Shown: positions 39,332 through 49,700 of the stretch, piece by piece
How positions within the stretch are numbered: position 1 is the stretch's first letter
How the letters are laid out: every line of letters starts with the position of its first letter
NCBI GenBank assembly: GCA_012747475.1
Contig: GCA_012747475.1_3928.1
Direction: 5' to 3' (one strand)
Source of the DNA: a phage
DNA length: 64,000 bases
Program-made: the position numbers and the translations under genes
Notes under the pieces: generated by a model
Told to the model about the DNA's origin: nothing
Databases searched by the model: none
What the model saw: the letters and a program-made list of their open reading frames with translations, nothing else

Positions 39332-39522
39332 TATTCAATATCAATAAGTTCTTGTGCAATGCTTTTCAGATTACCTTTCAAGAAAACCTTCTCAGAACCT
39401 GACAGAGAAGAATTGTCAATTAGCCTGTTCATTCTCTCAAACAACTTCTGCTTACGGCTCTTGATAGTTTCCTTCGAAGCACCTTTCATCATCGCTGCAT
39501 GGGTTCTTCCACGGTGGCTCAT
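39313..39522 (-). CDS. hypothetical protein
   Basis: ORF track. Confidence 0.5.
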   Translation of the reverse strand: MSHRGRTHAAMMKGASKETIKSRKQKLFERMNRLIDNSSLSGSEKVFLKGNLKSIAQELIDIEYWRHQK

Positions 39523-39583
39523 AAGTCCTCCTATACAAGATACAGTATAAGGTACTCTTCCATGAGCACCTTGTCAATACTAA

Positions 39584-42283
39584 TTAGTGAACCTCAAGCC
39601 AGCTTTTACCAACCTTACCAGTACCTGTAACAAGTGTTTCTTTCTTAAGCCCTAAGTTTTTAGAAGCTTGTCCATAATACCAATCCGTAACTGCTTTCAC
39701 TTCTGCCGTCATACTTTCTGGACATTCCCAACTTGTCTCGTCGTGATAGGAGCACAATAAACGAGCACCTATGGCTGGTTTACGACCGTTCAACTTCATC
39801 AAACCTTCGTCAATCATACGACGGCAAGCAAGGTTAATTGCCTCGTTCTGAATCTGACTTTCCGAACCCATGAGCAAATAATTCAATAACTTATGTGGAG
39901 ATTTACACCACAACCAAGCTCCAGCAACCTTTACAAAACCCCCTTTAGAAATTGCAGCAGTCTTACCAAACACCTCTTCAAGTGCCTTTTTAGTTGCTTT
40001 GTAGTCAGCTTCCAAGTCATCTAGCAGCTTCTTAATTTTAGGCAAACGGATAAAGTAAGTCTGTTTAGTCAGCGCACCTTCCTGAGTAGTTGCAGCCTTA
40101 ATCGTCTTAGCAAACTTCTCATCACCTGCACCGAACAGCAGTGCATAGATACCATTCTTAGCTTTCTTACGACCTTTGCTAATCTCATGAAGAAGATTCT
40201 CATCCTGAGTAGCTCGACAAGTCAAGATATCCTGCTCATCATTCAAGCTAAAGTAAATACTGTTCAGTGTATGTGCATCAGTCCCTGAATAGACAACGTA
40301 CAGGTCATTCTCAGAGTCATAGCGAAGGTACTTATCAATCTCTGGGTTTAGGTACTCATCAAAATGTTTGCAGTAATAGCGTCCATCTTCTTGACGAATA
40401 AACTCAATCTCTTCTTTACCTTGCGTTACCGCTTTGGTGAAGTCTTTGTCACCCATAAAGTTACAAAGGAGAACTAGCTGGGCTGAGTTCATGTCTACAG
40501 AGACAACATTAGTACCTTCTTCACAAATCCACACTGCCCTCATTGGTTCCCCATAGACAGCAGCACCAGACGGTACGTTTACAATACCATATTGTGTCAT
40601 ACGTCCAGTTGAAGTACCAAATACCATTGCACCAGCACTAAGGCGACCATCTGGACGAATCTGGTTCAACCAACCTTTTTCATCATCCTTTGAATTCTCA
40701 ATAGTTCTTCGTCTGTGCATCAAAGTGTAGTACTTAGCAATCTTCTGTCCAAGCTCACCTTCAATCGTATCATAAGATGATTCAGTAAGTTTTGGTGAAG
40801 TACGGATTAAGCAAGGCTCAAGCAAATCTGTGTATTTCTTCACAGACCAGTTATGCTCAATGTACTGTACACCTTCATGCTCAACATAGCTCAAACCACA
40901 CCGCTCAACCATTTCCTGCCACTTAGGATGTTTTGTAATCATCTTTTTATTGTCTTTGAAACGACAAACTTTGACAGGGCGACCATCTGAGTCTTTCTTG
41001 TAATTCCAGTCATCTGGAATCCAACCAACTGATTTCAAGTAGTCTTTAACAACTGCTACCTGAGTCATACGAGAAACTTCAAACTCAATTGGTGTATATG
41101 GTGCATCAATCAAACCTGTGTAGCGACTCGACTCAAGCTCAAAGTGGTTAACAACGTGGCTATTATAGTACTTCACAGTTTTGACTGTTTTTACTGGCTT
41201 CCAGTCTTTGCATTTCTTACCAATCTTTGCGTTCAACTCATTGCAAATTGCACGAGCATCCTTCATTGCTACAAAGCCTTCCTTGTACTCTTCACCAGTT
41301 ACAGAGTTGGTTGGTGTATAGCAATTTCTCTTTTCAATGTTAAAAATCTTTGTAGTTGGCTTACCAAATGGCTTGATTTCGTATGTCTGCATCTCGCCGT
41401 TACGTACCTGCTGACGATACTTTGTTTTAGGGTACTTGGTAATTCTCTTCAGTCCATCTGCATGACCGAATGTTTCAACATACTCATTCCAAGCTTTTGC
41501 AAACTCTTCTCCAGTGACTTTACCTTTGGTCTTAATAGTTGGAGGTAGATGTGGTTCAACCTCTGAGGCAAGCTCATTAGTCAACTTGTCAAGCTCCTTT
41601 ACATGGAACTCCATAAGCTCCTTATCAGCTTTCCAACCATTGATAGCTTGTTGACTCATCCAGAAAGATGTTTCTTTAGCTCGCATGTAGGTTTCATAAG
41701 TGTCTATGCCACACTTCTTAAGCTTGAGATACTCATTATCAAGTGCCCGTTTAGTTTTGGCGTTAATACGAATATCTTCTACAACACGAGTGAAGATTTC
41801 TGCATTCCACACACCCCAATGCTCAATCTCTGGCTTACGAACACCAACACGAGCACCCCATGCAGCCAAACCATGAGCACCTTTATAACCCTTTGGAGTT
41901 GGTCTATCCATCCACTGAACACGAGACTGGATAAGAGAATCCTGAAAGAAATTACTCCACGGCTTACATTTTGGATTATCAAAGTTCCATAAATCCGGTG
42001 CAATGTGATTGAAAACCCACCAGTCATAACCGAGGCCATTATGGATACAAAGTCGTTTTGCCTTTAACGCAAACTCAACACCTTCACGTAAACCACCCTT
42101 AATGTACTTAGTGTACTTGTGACCGAGGATAGGCTCATCTGTGAAGACCCATACAGGTGGCTCTTCATCGTCAGATTTATAGTCTGCAAAAGCCATTACG
42201 TGAACTTTAGTGAACTCAAGGAGTAAACCATCAGTTTCTGTATCACCAACTAAATGTAAGTTCTTAAAATCTACGTTTTCCAT
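39584..42283 (-). CDS. DNA polymerase, family A, with 3'-5' exonuclease domain
   Basis: Exo motif LVGDTETDG; polymerase motifs KAKNGIYALLFGAG and YHDE; start set at ATG 42283 with AGGGAG SD. Confidence 0.85.
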   Translation of the reverse strand: MENVDFKNLHLVGDTETDGLLLEFTKVHVMAFADYKSDDEEPPVWVFTDEPILGHKYTKYIKGGLREGVEFALKAKRLCIHNGLGYDWWVFNHIAPDLWNFDNPKCKPWSNFFQDSLIQSRVQWMDRPTPKGYKGAHGLAAWGARVGVRKPEIEHWGVWNAEIFTRVVEDIRINAKTKRALDNEYLKLKKCGIDTYETYMRAKETSFWMSQQAINGWKADKELMEFHVKELDKLTNELASEVEPHLPPTIKTKGKVTGEEFAKAWNEYVETFGHADGLKRITKYPKTKYRQQVRNGEMQTYEIKPFGKPTTKIFNIEKRNCYTPTNSVTGEEYKEGFVAMKDARAICNELNAKIGKKCKDWKPVKTVKTVKYYNSHVVNHFELESSRYTGLIDAPYTPIEFEVSRMTQVAVVKDYLKSVGWIPDDWNYKKDSDGRPVKVCRFKDNKKMITKHPKWQEMVERCGLSYVEHEGVQYIEHNWSVKKYTDLLEPCLIRTSPKLTESSYDTIEGELGQKIAKYYTLMHRRRTIENSKDDEKGWLNQIRPDGRLSAGAMVFGTSTGRMTQYGIVNVPSGAAVYGEPMRAVWICEEGTNVVSVDMNSAQLVLLCNFMGDKDFTKAVTQGKEEIEFIRQEDGRYYCKHFDEYLNPEIDKYLRYDSENDLYVVYSGTDAHTLNSIYFSLNDEQDILTCRATQDENLLHEISKGRKKAKNGIYALLFGAGDEKFAKTIKAATTQEGALTKQTYFIRLPKIKKLLDDLEADYKATKKALEEVFGKTAAISKGGFVKVAGAWLWCKSPHKLLNYLLMGSESQIQNEAINLACRRMIDEGLMKLNGRKPAIGARLLCSYHDETSWECPESMTAEVKAVTDWYYGQASKNLGLKKETLVTGTGKVGKSWLEVH

Positions 42284-42342
42284 TTTTACTCCCTCTAAAA
42301 TCATTAACCTCATACATTACTGCAAAAAATTATAAAAAGCAA

Positions 42343-42367
42343 GTTGACAATGTACTTGACAAGGTGT
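42343..42367 (+). promoter_or_regulatory. conserved tandem-TTGACA element GTTGACAATGTACTTGACAAGGTGT (copy 2)
   Basis: Second copy of the 25-mer at 863..887; TTGACA 42344-42349, 17-bp spacer, TTAATC. Confidence 0.45.
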
Positions 42368-42540
42368 TAATCTTTGCGAAGTGGGTTTTTACTTAAAAGG
42401 TTACTTAACAGTTTAACTATACAGATACTTTAAAACTCTTAAAAGATTATTTAATAGCTTTTAAAAAGCTTTAAAGTATAACGTATAGAATACGTTAAGA
42501 TAAAAGATTAAAACTTAATAGTTACTTAAAAGAGGCTTAC

Positions 42541-42963
42541 ATGCAGAAAATGTTTGTTCACCCAGACATAGCTGACTTTGTTAGAGCTTTGCAGAAGTTG
42601 GAAGAACTTGACATTGCTGCTCAACGGGAATATGCTCACCATCACAGGAGAATGGTTGATATACAACATGAAATAGAGTTGTCTGAAAACTATGAAGATG
42701 ACTTAAAATGCTCTGTATTTGAGCATATGAAAGATGTTGCTACAGCTAGACGTAAAGCTAAAGACACAGTTGCTTTACTAGATTCTCTTAAAAAGAGGTT
42801 GCAAAGTGGTACAGACCTGTGTAATCTAGCATCACTGATTAATGATGTTGAAACTTCTTGGGATAGACATTACTATCCACGTTCTGAAAAGACACTTGAC
42901 TTTTCTTCATCCGAAAACTTAAAATGTTCTAGAAAGAAACTTAACCAACTGAGAGAGAAATAA
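42541..42963 (+). CDS. hypothetical protein
   Basis: ORF track. Confidence 0.55.
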   Translation: MQKMFVHPDIADFVRALQKLEELDIAAQREYAHHHRRMVDIQHEIELSENYEDDLKCSVFEHMKDVATARRKAKDTVALLDSLKKRLQSGTDLCNLASLINDVETSWDRHYYPRSEKTLDFSSSENLKCSRKKLNQLREK

Positions 42964-42964
42964 T

Positions 42965-43765
42965 ATGAATATCGATGTAGAAAAGATGCTTGAAGAAAAA
43001 GGTATTGACGAAGCATTTTTAATCAATGCCGTAGAAAGCATGGCTATGATTCTTCGTGGGAACAACTACACAGAACAGTTTATGCCTTCAAGCTATAACT
43101 TGCCTGAAGACAAGTCTGATAACGGTGCTTTTGCAGAACAGGTTAACATGATGCTTTGCGACAAAACACTTGCTCTGGCATCTATTGCGGTTGGTGTTGA
43201 TGCTCTTGCAGAGTTCATTTTTTATGAGATGCAGAGAAATGACTATATCAGGATGTCAGACGAAGATAAGGAACTATTGCTGACTAAGGACACTGATTTC
43301 ATTATTGATACGCTTATCTCATCAACAAGTGCTGTTATGGCTGTTCTTGAGAAGCGTATGGAAGAGAAACTTTCACGATATGAAAAACTTGATTGGGGTG
43401 TAGAAGAATTAAACCCACGAATCAAAGAGATTATCCAGCAAACTAAAGAGTCTTTGGAAGAAGCTGTTGAAAATGACTCTGTAGCTGATATAGAGCCACT
43501 TCAGGTGAAAGTTGCACTAATGATTCCAGCTATCTCTACGATGATGAATATCGTTGCACTAATCCAACTTTCACAGATGATGGGTGTGAGTATTGAGTTT
43601 ATTGAAGAGATGACTGGTGGCGTCAGTATGCAAGCAATCAATGATGTTTTGGTGAACATTGGTGCTTCCATCATTGAAGAGAAACTACGCATTAACTTCG
43701 GTGATGATTTTGTGAAGCAACTCTCAGCTATGGCTGAAAAAGAGTCTGCTGAGCAACTACACTAA
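42965..43765 (+). CDS. hypothetical protein
   Basis: ORF track. Confidence 0.55.
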   Translation: MNIDVEKMLEEKGIDEAFLINAVESMAMILRGNNYTEQFMPSSYNLPEDKSDNGAFAEQVNMMLCDKTLALASIAVGVDALAEFIFYEMQRNDYIRMSDEDKELLLTKDTDFIIDTLISSTSAVMAVLEKRMEEKLSRYEKLDWGVEELNPRIKEIIQQTKESLEEAVENDSVADIEPLQVKVALMIPAISTMMNIVALIQLSQMMGVSIEFIEEMTGGVSMQAINDVLVNIGASIIEEKLRINFGDDFVKQLSAMAEKESAEQLH

Positions 43766-43782
43766 GTCTTTATAAATCTTAC

Positions 43783-43808
43783 AAGCCTCCTTAGTTGGGG
43801 GCTTTTTA
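43783..43808 (+). terminator. rho-independent terminator
   Basis: 8-bp stem AAGCCTCC/GGGGCTT followed by TTTT. Confidence 0.5.
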
Positions 43809-43826
43809 GTAATTAATGGAGATAAA

Positions 43827-44570
43827 ATGAGTAATATTATCGCATTTACTGGAAAGGCACGTTCTGGAAAAGACACCTCATGTTCTATTGTGAAGAACAT
43901 TTTAGAGGATGAGTATGGCTACAATGTTGAAGTAATGGCCTTTGCAGACAACCTTAAACTATCTGCATCAAAGATATTTGACTTGACTTGGAATGACCTG
44001 TACGGTGAAACTAAAGAGACTCCACAGGTTTTTGACTTATCATATCCTGAACTGATGTTTAAAGTTACGGAAGCTATGGAGTTCACCTTCAGAGATGAAC
44101 GTTACCATATGGACTTCAAGCTTATGTCAGAGTTAACCGGACGATTAATCATGGAGCTTAAGAAGGTTGCTAAACCTACCCTATTAACACGTCTGGGATT
44201 TAGTAAAAAGTATAAATTCTCATCAAGACAAATTCAACAGATTTGGGGTACTGAAGTTGTCCGTAAAGTAATGGGCGACAAGTTCTGGTCTAAAGACCTT
44301 GAAAAAAGAATGGTTAGATTCCATGAAATGTGCTCACTTAGAAATCAATATGGTTTTGTCTTAATCAATGATTTAAGATTTGACTCTGAAGCTGAATGGC
44401 TGAGTAGATTTGCACACCAAACTATTGAAGTAAAAAGAGATAATGTGGACAAAGTTTCATCACATGTTTCAGAAAATGGGATTTCTACAAAATATGAGCG
44501 TGACATTATTCATAATAATGGTACTCTTGCAGACCTTGAGAACAAGCTAAGAGCCATCATTAAAGTTTAA
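43827..44570 (+). CDS. dNMP kinase-like P-loop protein
   Basis: N-terminal P-loop IIAFTGKARSGKDT, reminiscent of T4 gp1 (from memory). Confidence 0.55.
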   Translation: MSNIIAFTGKARSGKDTSCSIVKNILEDEYGYNVEVMAFADNLKLSASKIFDLTWNDLYGETKETPQVFDLSYPELMFKVTEAMEFTFRDERYHMDFKLMSELTGRLIMELKKVAKPTLLTRLGFSKKYKFSSRQIQQIWGTEVVRKVMGDKFWSKDLEKRMVRFHEMCSLRNQYGFVLINDLRFDSEAEWLSRFAHQTIEVKRDNVDKVSSHVSENGISTKYERDIIHNNGTLADLENKLRAIIKV

Positions 44571-44578
44571 AAGAGAGA

Positions 44579-44779
44579 ATGAAGATGAGAGTAAAAGACA
44601 ATTTTAAAGTTATTGACCACCGTTTAGTGGAACTCTCATCTCTTTCCAATGAGGTAATGATTGAACGTCTTAAGAGAGTTGAATCACGAAGGAAAGAGAT
44701 TGCAGATGAAATTCATGAACTGGACAAGATTGAAAATGGATTGAAGGCAGAACTACAACGAAGAGGTGCTAATGTCTAA
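44579..44779 (+). CDS. hypothetical small protein
   Basis: ORF track; coiled-coil-like. Confidence 0.45.
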   Translation: MKMRVKDNFKVIDHRLVELSSLSNEVMIERLKRVESRRKEIADEIHELDKIENGLKAELQRRGANV

Positions 44780-46757
44780 AGGTCGTAAATTGAAAGAGGC
44801 TGGTCAGTTTATTGGTCATTGTGCATGTCCACGTTGTGGTTCATCAGATGCTGGTTCAATCTATCATCATGACGATGATTCTTATTCGATGACTTGCTTT
44901 AGTTGTAACAAAGGTTTCCCAGAGTGGGATTTTGATAAAGGACAAATCGTGAGCACTTATTCTACTGGTTCAGACAATAAAAACCGTACTTTCCGTGGAA
45001 TGGATTTAGACGATGTAAAAGAAAACCTAGAAGCGATGGACTTGAAAGACAGGAAGATTCCTGCAAAAGTCCTTGAACGCTTAGGTATCAAGGTTGACAT
45101 TGACAGTGATGGTGAAATTGACGCACATTTCTATCCAACTTACAAACGTAATGAAGATGGTAAGCTAGAACATGTTGGTTACCGTGTTCGTCACCGTTAC
45201 CCAGAAGACCATCCAAAAGAGCACCTACGTGGTAAGCTAAAAGACTTTTCTGGTGGTGTTGGAGACATTAAAGGTGAACTGGCAATGTTCGGTTCATGGA
45301 TTGCTCCAGAAGGTGGTAACCGTCTATTCATCTGGGAAGGTGAGATGGAATGTGCGACAGCAATCTATATGACTTCTCTTGCGATTAAAGATAAGTCTCG
45401 TCGTAAGAATTACTGTCACGTATCTGTACCATCAGGTGCAAACATTAAGTCTATCAAAGACAACTATCAGTACATCACATCATTTGATGAGATTTACTTG
45501 TGCTTTGATAACGATGAAGCAGGTGCTAAAGCTACCAAAGAGGCTGCTGGTATCCTACCTATTGAGAAGGTTCGTTTATTCCAGTATCCAGAAGGTGTAA
45601 AAGACCTTAACGAATGGTGGACAAAGTTCTATAAAGAGAAAGACACAGTTCTTGAAGGGTTTAAGCAGCGTATCTACAATGCGCCCCGTTACTGCCCTGC
45701 TGGTATCAAGAACTTCGCAGATGGTTTTGAGGCAATGAAGAATCGTGGTCAGATTCCATTGATTCCTTTCCCAGAATCTTTCGGAGATTTGAACAGGCTG
45801 ACTTATGGCGGTTATGGTTTAGGTGAGATTACAACTCTGGCAGCACCATCTTCAGTGGGTAAATCAGCATACACTCGTGAAATGATTTATACTGCTTGGA
45901 AAGATACCGATTACAATATTGGTGTAATTCCGGTCGAAGATACCTATGAAGAGTTGATGGAGATGCTTTGTGCAATCCACCTGAGCAAGCAGATTTCTGA
46001 GATTCCTTATGACGAACGTGATTGGGATGAATTGAAGGAAGCACATGCAGAACTGTCTAAAGGTCGTCGTATCCACATCGTAGACCATCAAGGGGCAATT
46101 GACCAAGATAACCTGCTGGAATTTGTTGATTATCTGGTTAACAGTTTAGACTGTAAGATTATTATTCTTGACCCTATTACGTTGGCTCTGTCACGTTCAG
46201 ATACGGATGAAGAGGAAGTTTTGTCTGAGCTATTGCGTCGTTGCAAACGCTACCAGTATGCACAGGTTAACGTCTGTCACGTTCGTAAAAGTGCAGGTGG
46301 TCAGAAGGCTAACTCTGAAGGTGGAGATATCTCTGAAGAGGATATTAAAGGCTCTGGTGCGTATTTCCAGATTTCTATGAACAACATTCTGTTAATGCGT
46401 AACAAGGTTGACCCAGACCCTGTTAAGAAAAACTTGACAAAAATCAAGTTAACTAAATGTCGTCGTCACGGTAAGTCAACGGGTATTGCTGGTCATACTT
46501 GGTACAATCCAGATACAGGACGCCTTATCAAAGCATCTGGTTGTGGGGTTGACATTGATGGTGCAGCAGAAAATATTCGCCAACAGTTTGGTATTGGTGA
46601 AGCTGAAGACCATTACGATGACTCTTTACCACATTATGAGGATGAAGTGTTTGACCGTGAGACTGGTGAAGTCTATACTGAAGAGCAGCGTCAAAGCTCA
46701 ACGATTCCACCTGTATTAAGTGAGGATGCAGATGACTGCCCGTTCGAAACTGAGTGA
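44772..46757 (+). CDS. DNA primase/helicase (T7 gp4-like)
   Basis: N-terminal zinc ribbon CPRCG...CFSCNKG, TOPRIM DNDEAG, helicase Walker A APSSVGKSA; ATG at 44772 with AAGAGG SD. Confidence 0.85.
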   Translation: MSKGRKLKEAGQFIGHCACPRCGSSDAGSIYHHDDDSYSMTCFSCNKGFPEWDFDKGQIVSTYSTGSDNKNRTFRGMDLDDVKENLEAMDLKDRKIPAKVLERLGIKVDIDSDGEIDAHFYPTYKRNEDGKLEHVGYRVRHRYPEDHPKEHLRGKLKDFSGGVGDIKGELAMFGSWIAPEGGNRLFIWEGEMECATAIYMTSLAIKDKSRRKNYCHVSVPSGANIKSIKDNYQYITSFDEIYLCFDNDEAGAKATKEAAGILPIEKVRLFQYPEGVKDLNEWWTKFYKEKDTVLEGFKQRIYNAPRYCPAGIKNFADGFEAMKNRGQIPLIPFPESFGDLNRLTYGGYGLGEITTLAAPSSVGKSAYTREMIYTAWKDTDYNIGVIPVEDTYEELMEMLCAIHLSKQISEIPYDERDWDELKEAHAELSKGRRIHIVDHQGAIDQDNLLEFVDYLVNSLDCKIIILDPITLALSRSDTDEEEVLSELLRRCKRYQYAQVNVCHVRKSAGGQKANSEGGDISEEDIKGSGAYFQISMNNILLMRNKVDPDPVKKNLTKIKLTKCRRHGKSTGIAGHTWYNPDTGRLIKASGCGVDIDGAAENIRQQFGIGEAEDHYDDSLPHYEDEVFDRETGEVYTEEQRQSSTIPPVLSEDADDCPFETE

Positions 46758-46827
46758 TAGTTATGAAAGAGAGGGGTTCACACCCTTCTTTGAAGAAAAA
46801 AGTTTAAATAAATTTCAGGAAGAGTGT

Positions 46828-46856
46828 TTGACAAAGATTGATAGGTTCTATAGAAT
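46828..46856 (+). promoter_or_regulatory. sigma70-like promoter TTGACA-17-TAGAAT
   Basis: TTGACA 46828-46833, 17-bp spacer, TAGAAT 46851-46856. Confidence 0.5.
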
Positions 46857-47009
46857 GCTCCTCATGAAATGCAATGGGGAAGTTGAGATAAAAGAAGACT
46901 TCCACCAGAGCATGATTACAGTCATCATTTCGCTGCCTCAGCATAACATTAGTTGGCTGTTTATAATGAAAGAAAATGTGTTTGAATATCAAGTATATCG
47001 GAGAATATC

Positions 47010-47159
47010 ATGAAACACTCTAAAGCATTTGAAAAAGTTTTTGGGGATTCCTTAAAAGCCACTGCTGGAAAACCAGCAAAATACTATGAAGAAAAACGTG
47101 TAAGAACTGGAAAAACTGCACGTAAAGCAGCTTCTAAAGATAAGCACAACTTCCAGTAA
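47010..47159 (+). CDS. small basic protein (49 aa, not in ORF track)
   Basis: Hand-translated MKHSKAFEKVFGDSLKATAGKPAKYYEEKRVRTGKTARKAASKDKHNFQ; GGAGA SD. Confidence 0.4.
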   Translation: MKHSKAFEKVFGDSLKATAGKPAKYYEEKRVRTGKTARKAASKDKHNFQ

Positions 47160-47166
47160 TTAGTAT

Positions 47167-47195
47167 TTGACAATAGAGTATCAACAAACTAGAAT
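47167..47195 (+). promoter_or_regulatory. sigma70-like promoter TTGACA-17-TAGAAT
   Basis: TTGACA 47167-47172, 17-bp spacer, TAGAAT 47190-47195; upstream of SSB-like gene. Confidence 0.5.
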
Positions 47196-47231
47196 TGGTA
47201 CTCTTCATAAATTGAGATAGAGGTTTAAATA

Positions 47232-48089
47232 ATGTCTAAAGTTGTTAAAATGAAAGCTCCGGTAGAGAAGTACAACGGTACTGAACGCCAAACTCTGCGT
47301 TACCTGCTGAAAGATGTCTGGTTTTATTACCTGAACACTTCACCACGTCCGGGAAAAGGTAAGTCTATTGATAAGAAATTCCCAGGCAAAGACTGCAACT
47401 ACAGCGTATCAATTCTGGCAGAAGACGGTAACAAACTGTTTAAAGAGTTTACTAAGTCTAAGAAAAATCCAGAAGGCTGGGATAAAGTCACGACTGAAGC
47501 AGTTGATGCAGACGACTTCGAAGAGAAGTTTGGTTGTAAACCACCTTTTGAAGCAGACACTTACTACATCTTGAAAGTAAGTCGTGCAGCAGCTTATAAA
47601 GATGGTGCTGTATGGACAGCTAAACAGTCATTCCCTGTAATGCTGATTGAAGAAGTAAATGGTAAGCGTGTAGCTGTTAAGCAGCCGATGAAGAAAATCA
47701 AAGCTCAAGCATCTGATAAACATGAAGATGACAAGAACTATGATGTAATTCATCCAGATATTGCAGTTGGTAACGGTTCTTTTGGTAGTGTGATTCTTTC
47801 TACTCACTTCTACACTTTTGAGAACAATGTTCTGACAAAACCTATTCAGGAACAGTTTATCATTGATACTCTTGTACCTTACACTGGTGGTAACGGTGCT
47901 AACGGTGAACCTGAACTGGATGAAGATGAATTGGCTATGCTTGGTCTTGATGGTGTTGAAGATAACGGTGAAATCACTGAAGAAGACGCAACAGACCACA
48001 AACCTTCGAACGATTCTGATGATGGCGATGATGAAGACTTGCCGGACCCAGATGACGAAGAAGATGAAGACTTCGATACAGAAGACTAA
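47232..48089 (+). CDS. single-stranded DNA-binding protein-like (acidic C-terminal tail)
   Basis: Acidic tail DDEDLPDPDDEEDEDFDTED as in T7 gp2.5-type SSBs; replication gene context. Confidence 0.5.
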   Translation: MSKVVKMKAPVEKYNGTERQTLRYLLKDVWFYYLNTSPRPGKGKSIDKKFPGKDCNYSVSILAEDGNKLFKEFTKSKKNPEGWDKVTTEAVDADDFEEKFGCKPPFEADTYYILKVSRAAAYKDGAVWTAKQSFPVMLIEEVNGKRVAVKQPMKKIKAQASDKHEDDKNYDVIHPDIAVGNGSFGSVILSTHFYTFENNVLTKPIQEQFIIDTLVPYTGGNGANGEPELDEDELAMLGLDGVEDNGEITEEDATDHKPSNDSDDGDDEDLPDPDDEEDEDFDTED

Positions 48090-48107
48090 TCTCTAAAAGT
48101 TACTTTA

Positions 48108-48136
48108 AAGCCCTGTACTTAGTATGGGGCTTTTTC
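48108..48136 (+). terminator. rho-independent terminator
   Basis: AAGCCC...GGGCTT stem followed by TTTTT. Confidence 0.45.
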
Positions 48137-48151
48137 ATATGGAGAGTCATA

Positions 48152-49192
48152 ATGGAGAAGTACACATTAACAAAGCTTCCCGATTCAGTTACACATGTCT
48201 TTATTGACTCTGATAGTATTGCCTATAAAGGTGCTTGTGTAGTTGAGAAAGCAAAATATAAATATGTCAATAAACTCACAGCAGAAGAATCTGAGCCATT
48301 TGATAATGCGAAAGATGCTGCAAGATGGTTAGCAGACCAGAGAATCCTTGTGGAAGAACTTGGACTGACATTTGATGAAGATGAATGGGAAAGACAGACT
48401 TGGAAAGAAGCTAAGAGTGAGAAAGAAGCTATCATGGCTACTCAACAGGTGCTTCAGGAATGGCTTAAGATTGTTGGTAAAGAAAGAACTTGGGTAGGTT
48501 ATTTAACAGAGAAGGGTGTGCATAAACATAAAGACATTAAAGGTCTTGAGCACCAATATCAAGGTAATCGTAAAGATGCTGTCACACCAACACACTTAGT
48601 CGCTTGTCGTGAATACCTTTTATCCAGACCAGAGTTCAAGCTCTTAAAGGGGGGCTTCGAAGCCGATTCAATCGTAATTGCTAAAGCTGAAAAGATGGGT
48701 AAGAAGGCTGCTCTTATGAGTATTGACAAAGACCTTCGACAAGCTGAAGGAACTTATTGTATTGATATGACTTATGAAAAATCACCACTAATCTTTATTG
48801 CTGATAATAATATTGGTGATATCTGGGATTGCCCTATCAAATCAAAACCAAAAGCTGCAAAAACAGTTGGTGTAGGTTTTAAATTCTTGTGCTATCAGGC
48901 TGTTGCTGGAGATAATGCAGACAACTACTTCGGACTTAAAGGTGCTGGTAAAGTGACTGTGATGAATGCTTTAGATGGTAAAGAGACCTACAAAGAGTGT
49001 CTTGATGCTATCTATGAACTCTATGCTAAAAAAGACTCTTACACCTATGTATCATGGGATGGACAGACAGTTACAAAGACACCGTTAGAGCTAATGGAAC
49101 AGCATTTCTGGATAGCTTATCAAGAAAGAAATCCAAAAGATAATTTCTCTTTTAAGAAATATAATTGGGAGCCGTGTATGAATGAAGATTAA
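48152..49192 (+). CDS. 5'-3' exonuclease / flap endonuclease-like protein
   Basis: N-terminal VFIDSDSIAYKGA resembles the FEN/5'-3' exonuclease LLVDGNSLAFRAFYA motif. Confidence 0.45.
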   Translation: MEKYTLTKLPDSVTHVFIDSDSIAYKGACVVEKAKYKYVNKLTAEESEPFDNAKDAARWLADQRILVEELGLTFDEDEWERQTWKEAKSEKEAIMATQQVLQEWLKIVGKERTWVGYLTEKGVHKHKDIKGLEHQYQGNRKDAVTPTHLVACREYLLSRPEFKLLKGGFEADSIVIAKAEKMGKKAALMSIDKDLRQAEGTYCIDMTYEKSPLIFIADNNIGDIWDCPIKSKPKAAKTVGVGFKFLCYQAVAGDNADNYFGLKGAGKVTVMNALDGKETYKECLDAIYELYAKKDSYTYVSWDGQTVTKTPLELMEQHFWIAYQERNPKDNFSFKKYNWEPCMNED

Positions 49193-49679
49193 AGGATTTG
49201 GCAATTGCCCCACCTATGGTCATTGGGTGTCTTTATGTGGGGAAGTTGACCCCACTAAACATTTTGGTTTTGTCTATTTAGTACACTGTAAGAAAACCGG
49301 ACAATATTATATCGGAAAGAAACAGCTTAATAGTGTGACTAAAAGAAAAGTTTCTGGCAAGACTCGGAAGAAGGTAGTCACTAAGGAGAGTGATTGGATG
49401 ACTTATGAAACTTCTTCTGAGTATATTAAAAAAGATATTGAGAGCTTTGGAAAAGAATTTTTTGACTTTTACATTATCCAAACCTACTACACGAAAGGTG
49501 GTCTAGTTTATGGCGAAGCAAACCTTCAACATAAATTCGATGTAATGACAAAAAGGATTGACTCTAAGCTCAGACTCTTCTACAATGCCAATATTGCAGC
49601 AATTAAGTTTATCACTAAAGAAACTTATGAAGATGCTGAAAAAAGAATCCATAAGGTAATGAAAGCAAATTGTGCTTGA
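49182..49679 (+). CDS. GIY-YIG endonuclease-like protein
   Basis: GFVYLVHCKKTGQYYIGKK GIY-YIG signature. Confidence 0.5.
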   Translation: MKIKGFGNCPTYGHWVSLCGEVDPTKHFGFVYLVHCKKTGQYYIGKKQLNSVTKRKVSGKTRKKVVTKESDWMTYETSSEYIKKDIESFGKEFFDFYIIQTYYTKGGLVYGEANLQHKFDVMTKRIDSKLRLFYNANIAAIKFITKETYEDAEKRIHKVMKANCA

Positions 49680-49700
49680 TAACTATTGAGAGAGAATAAA

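Noticed and set aside
46720-47013. 97-aa ORF overlapping the 3' end of the primase-helicase gene
   Set aside because: Contains a consensus promoter (TTGACA-17-TAGAAT at 46828-46856) in its middle and overlaps the primase stop; the 49-aa ORF at 47010..47159 with a GGAGA SD is the more plausible gene.
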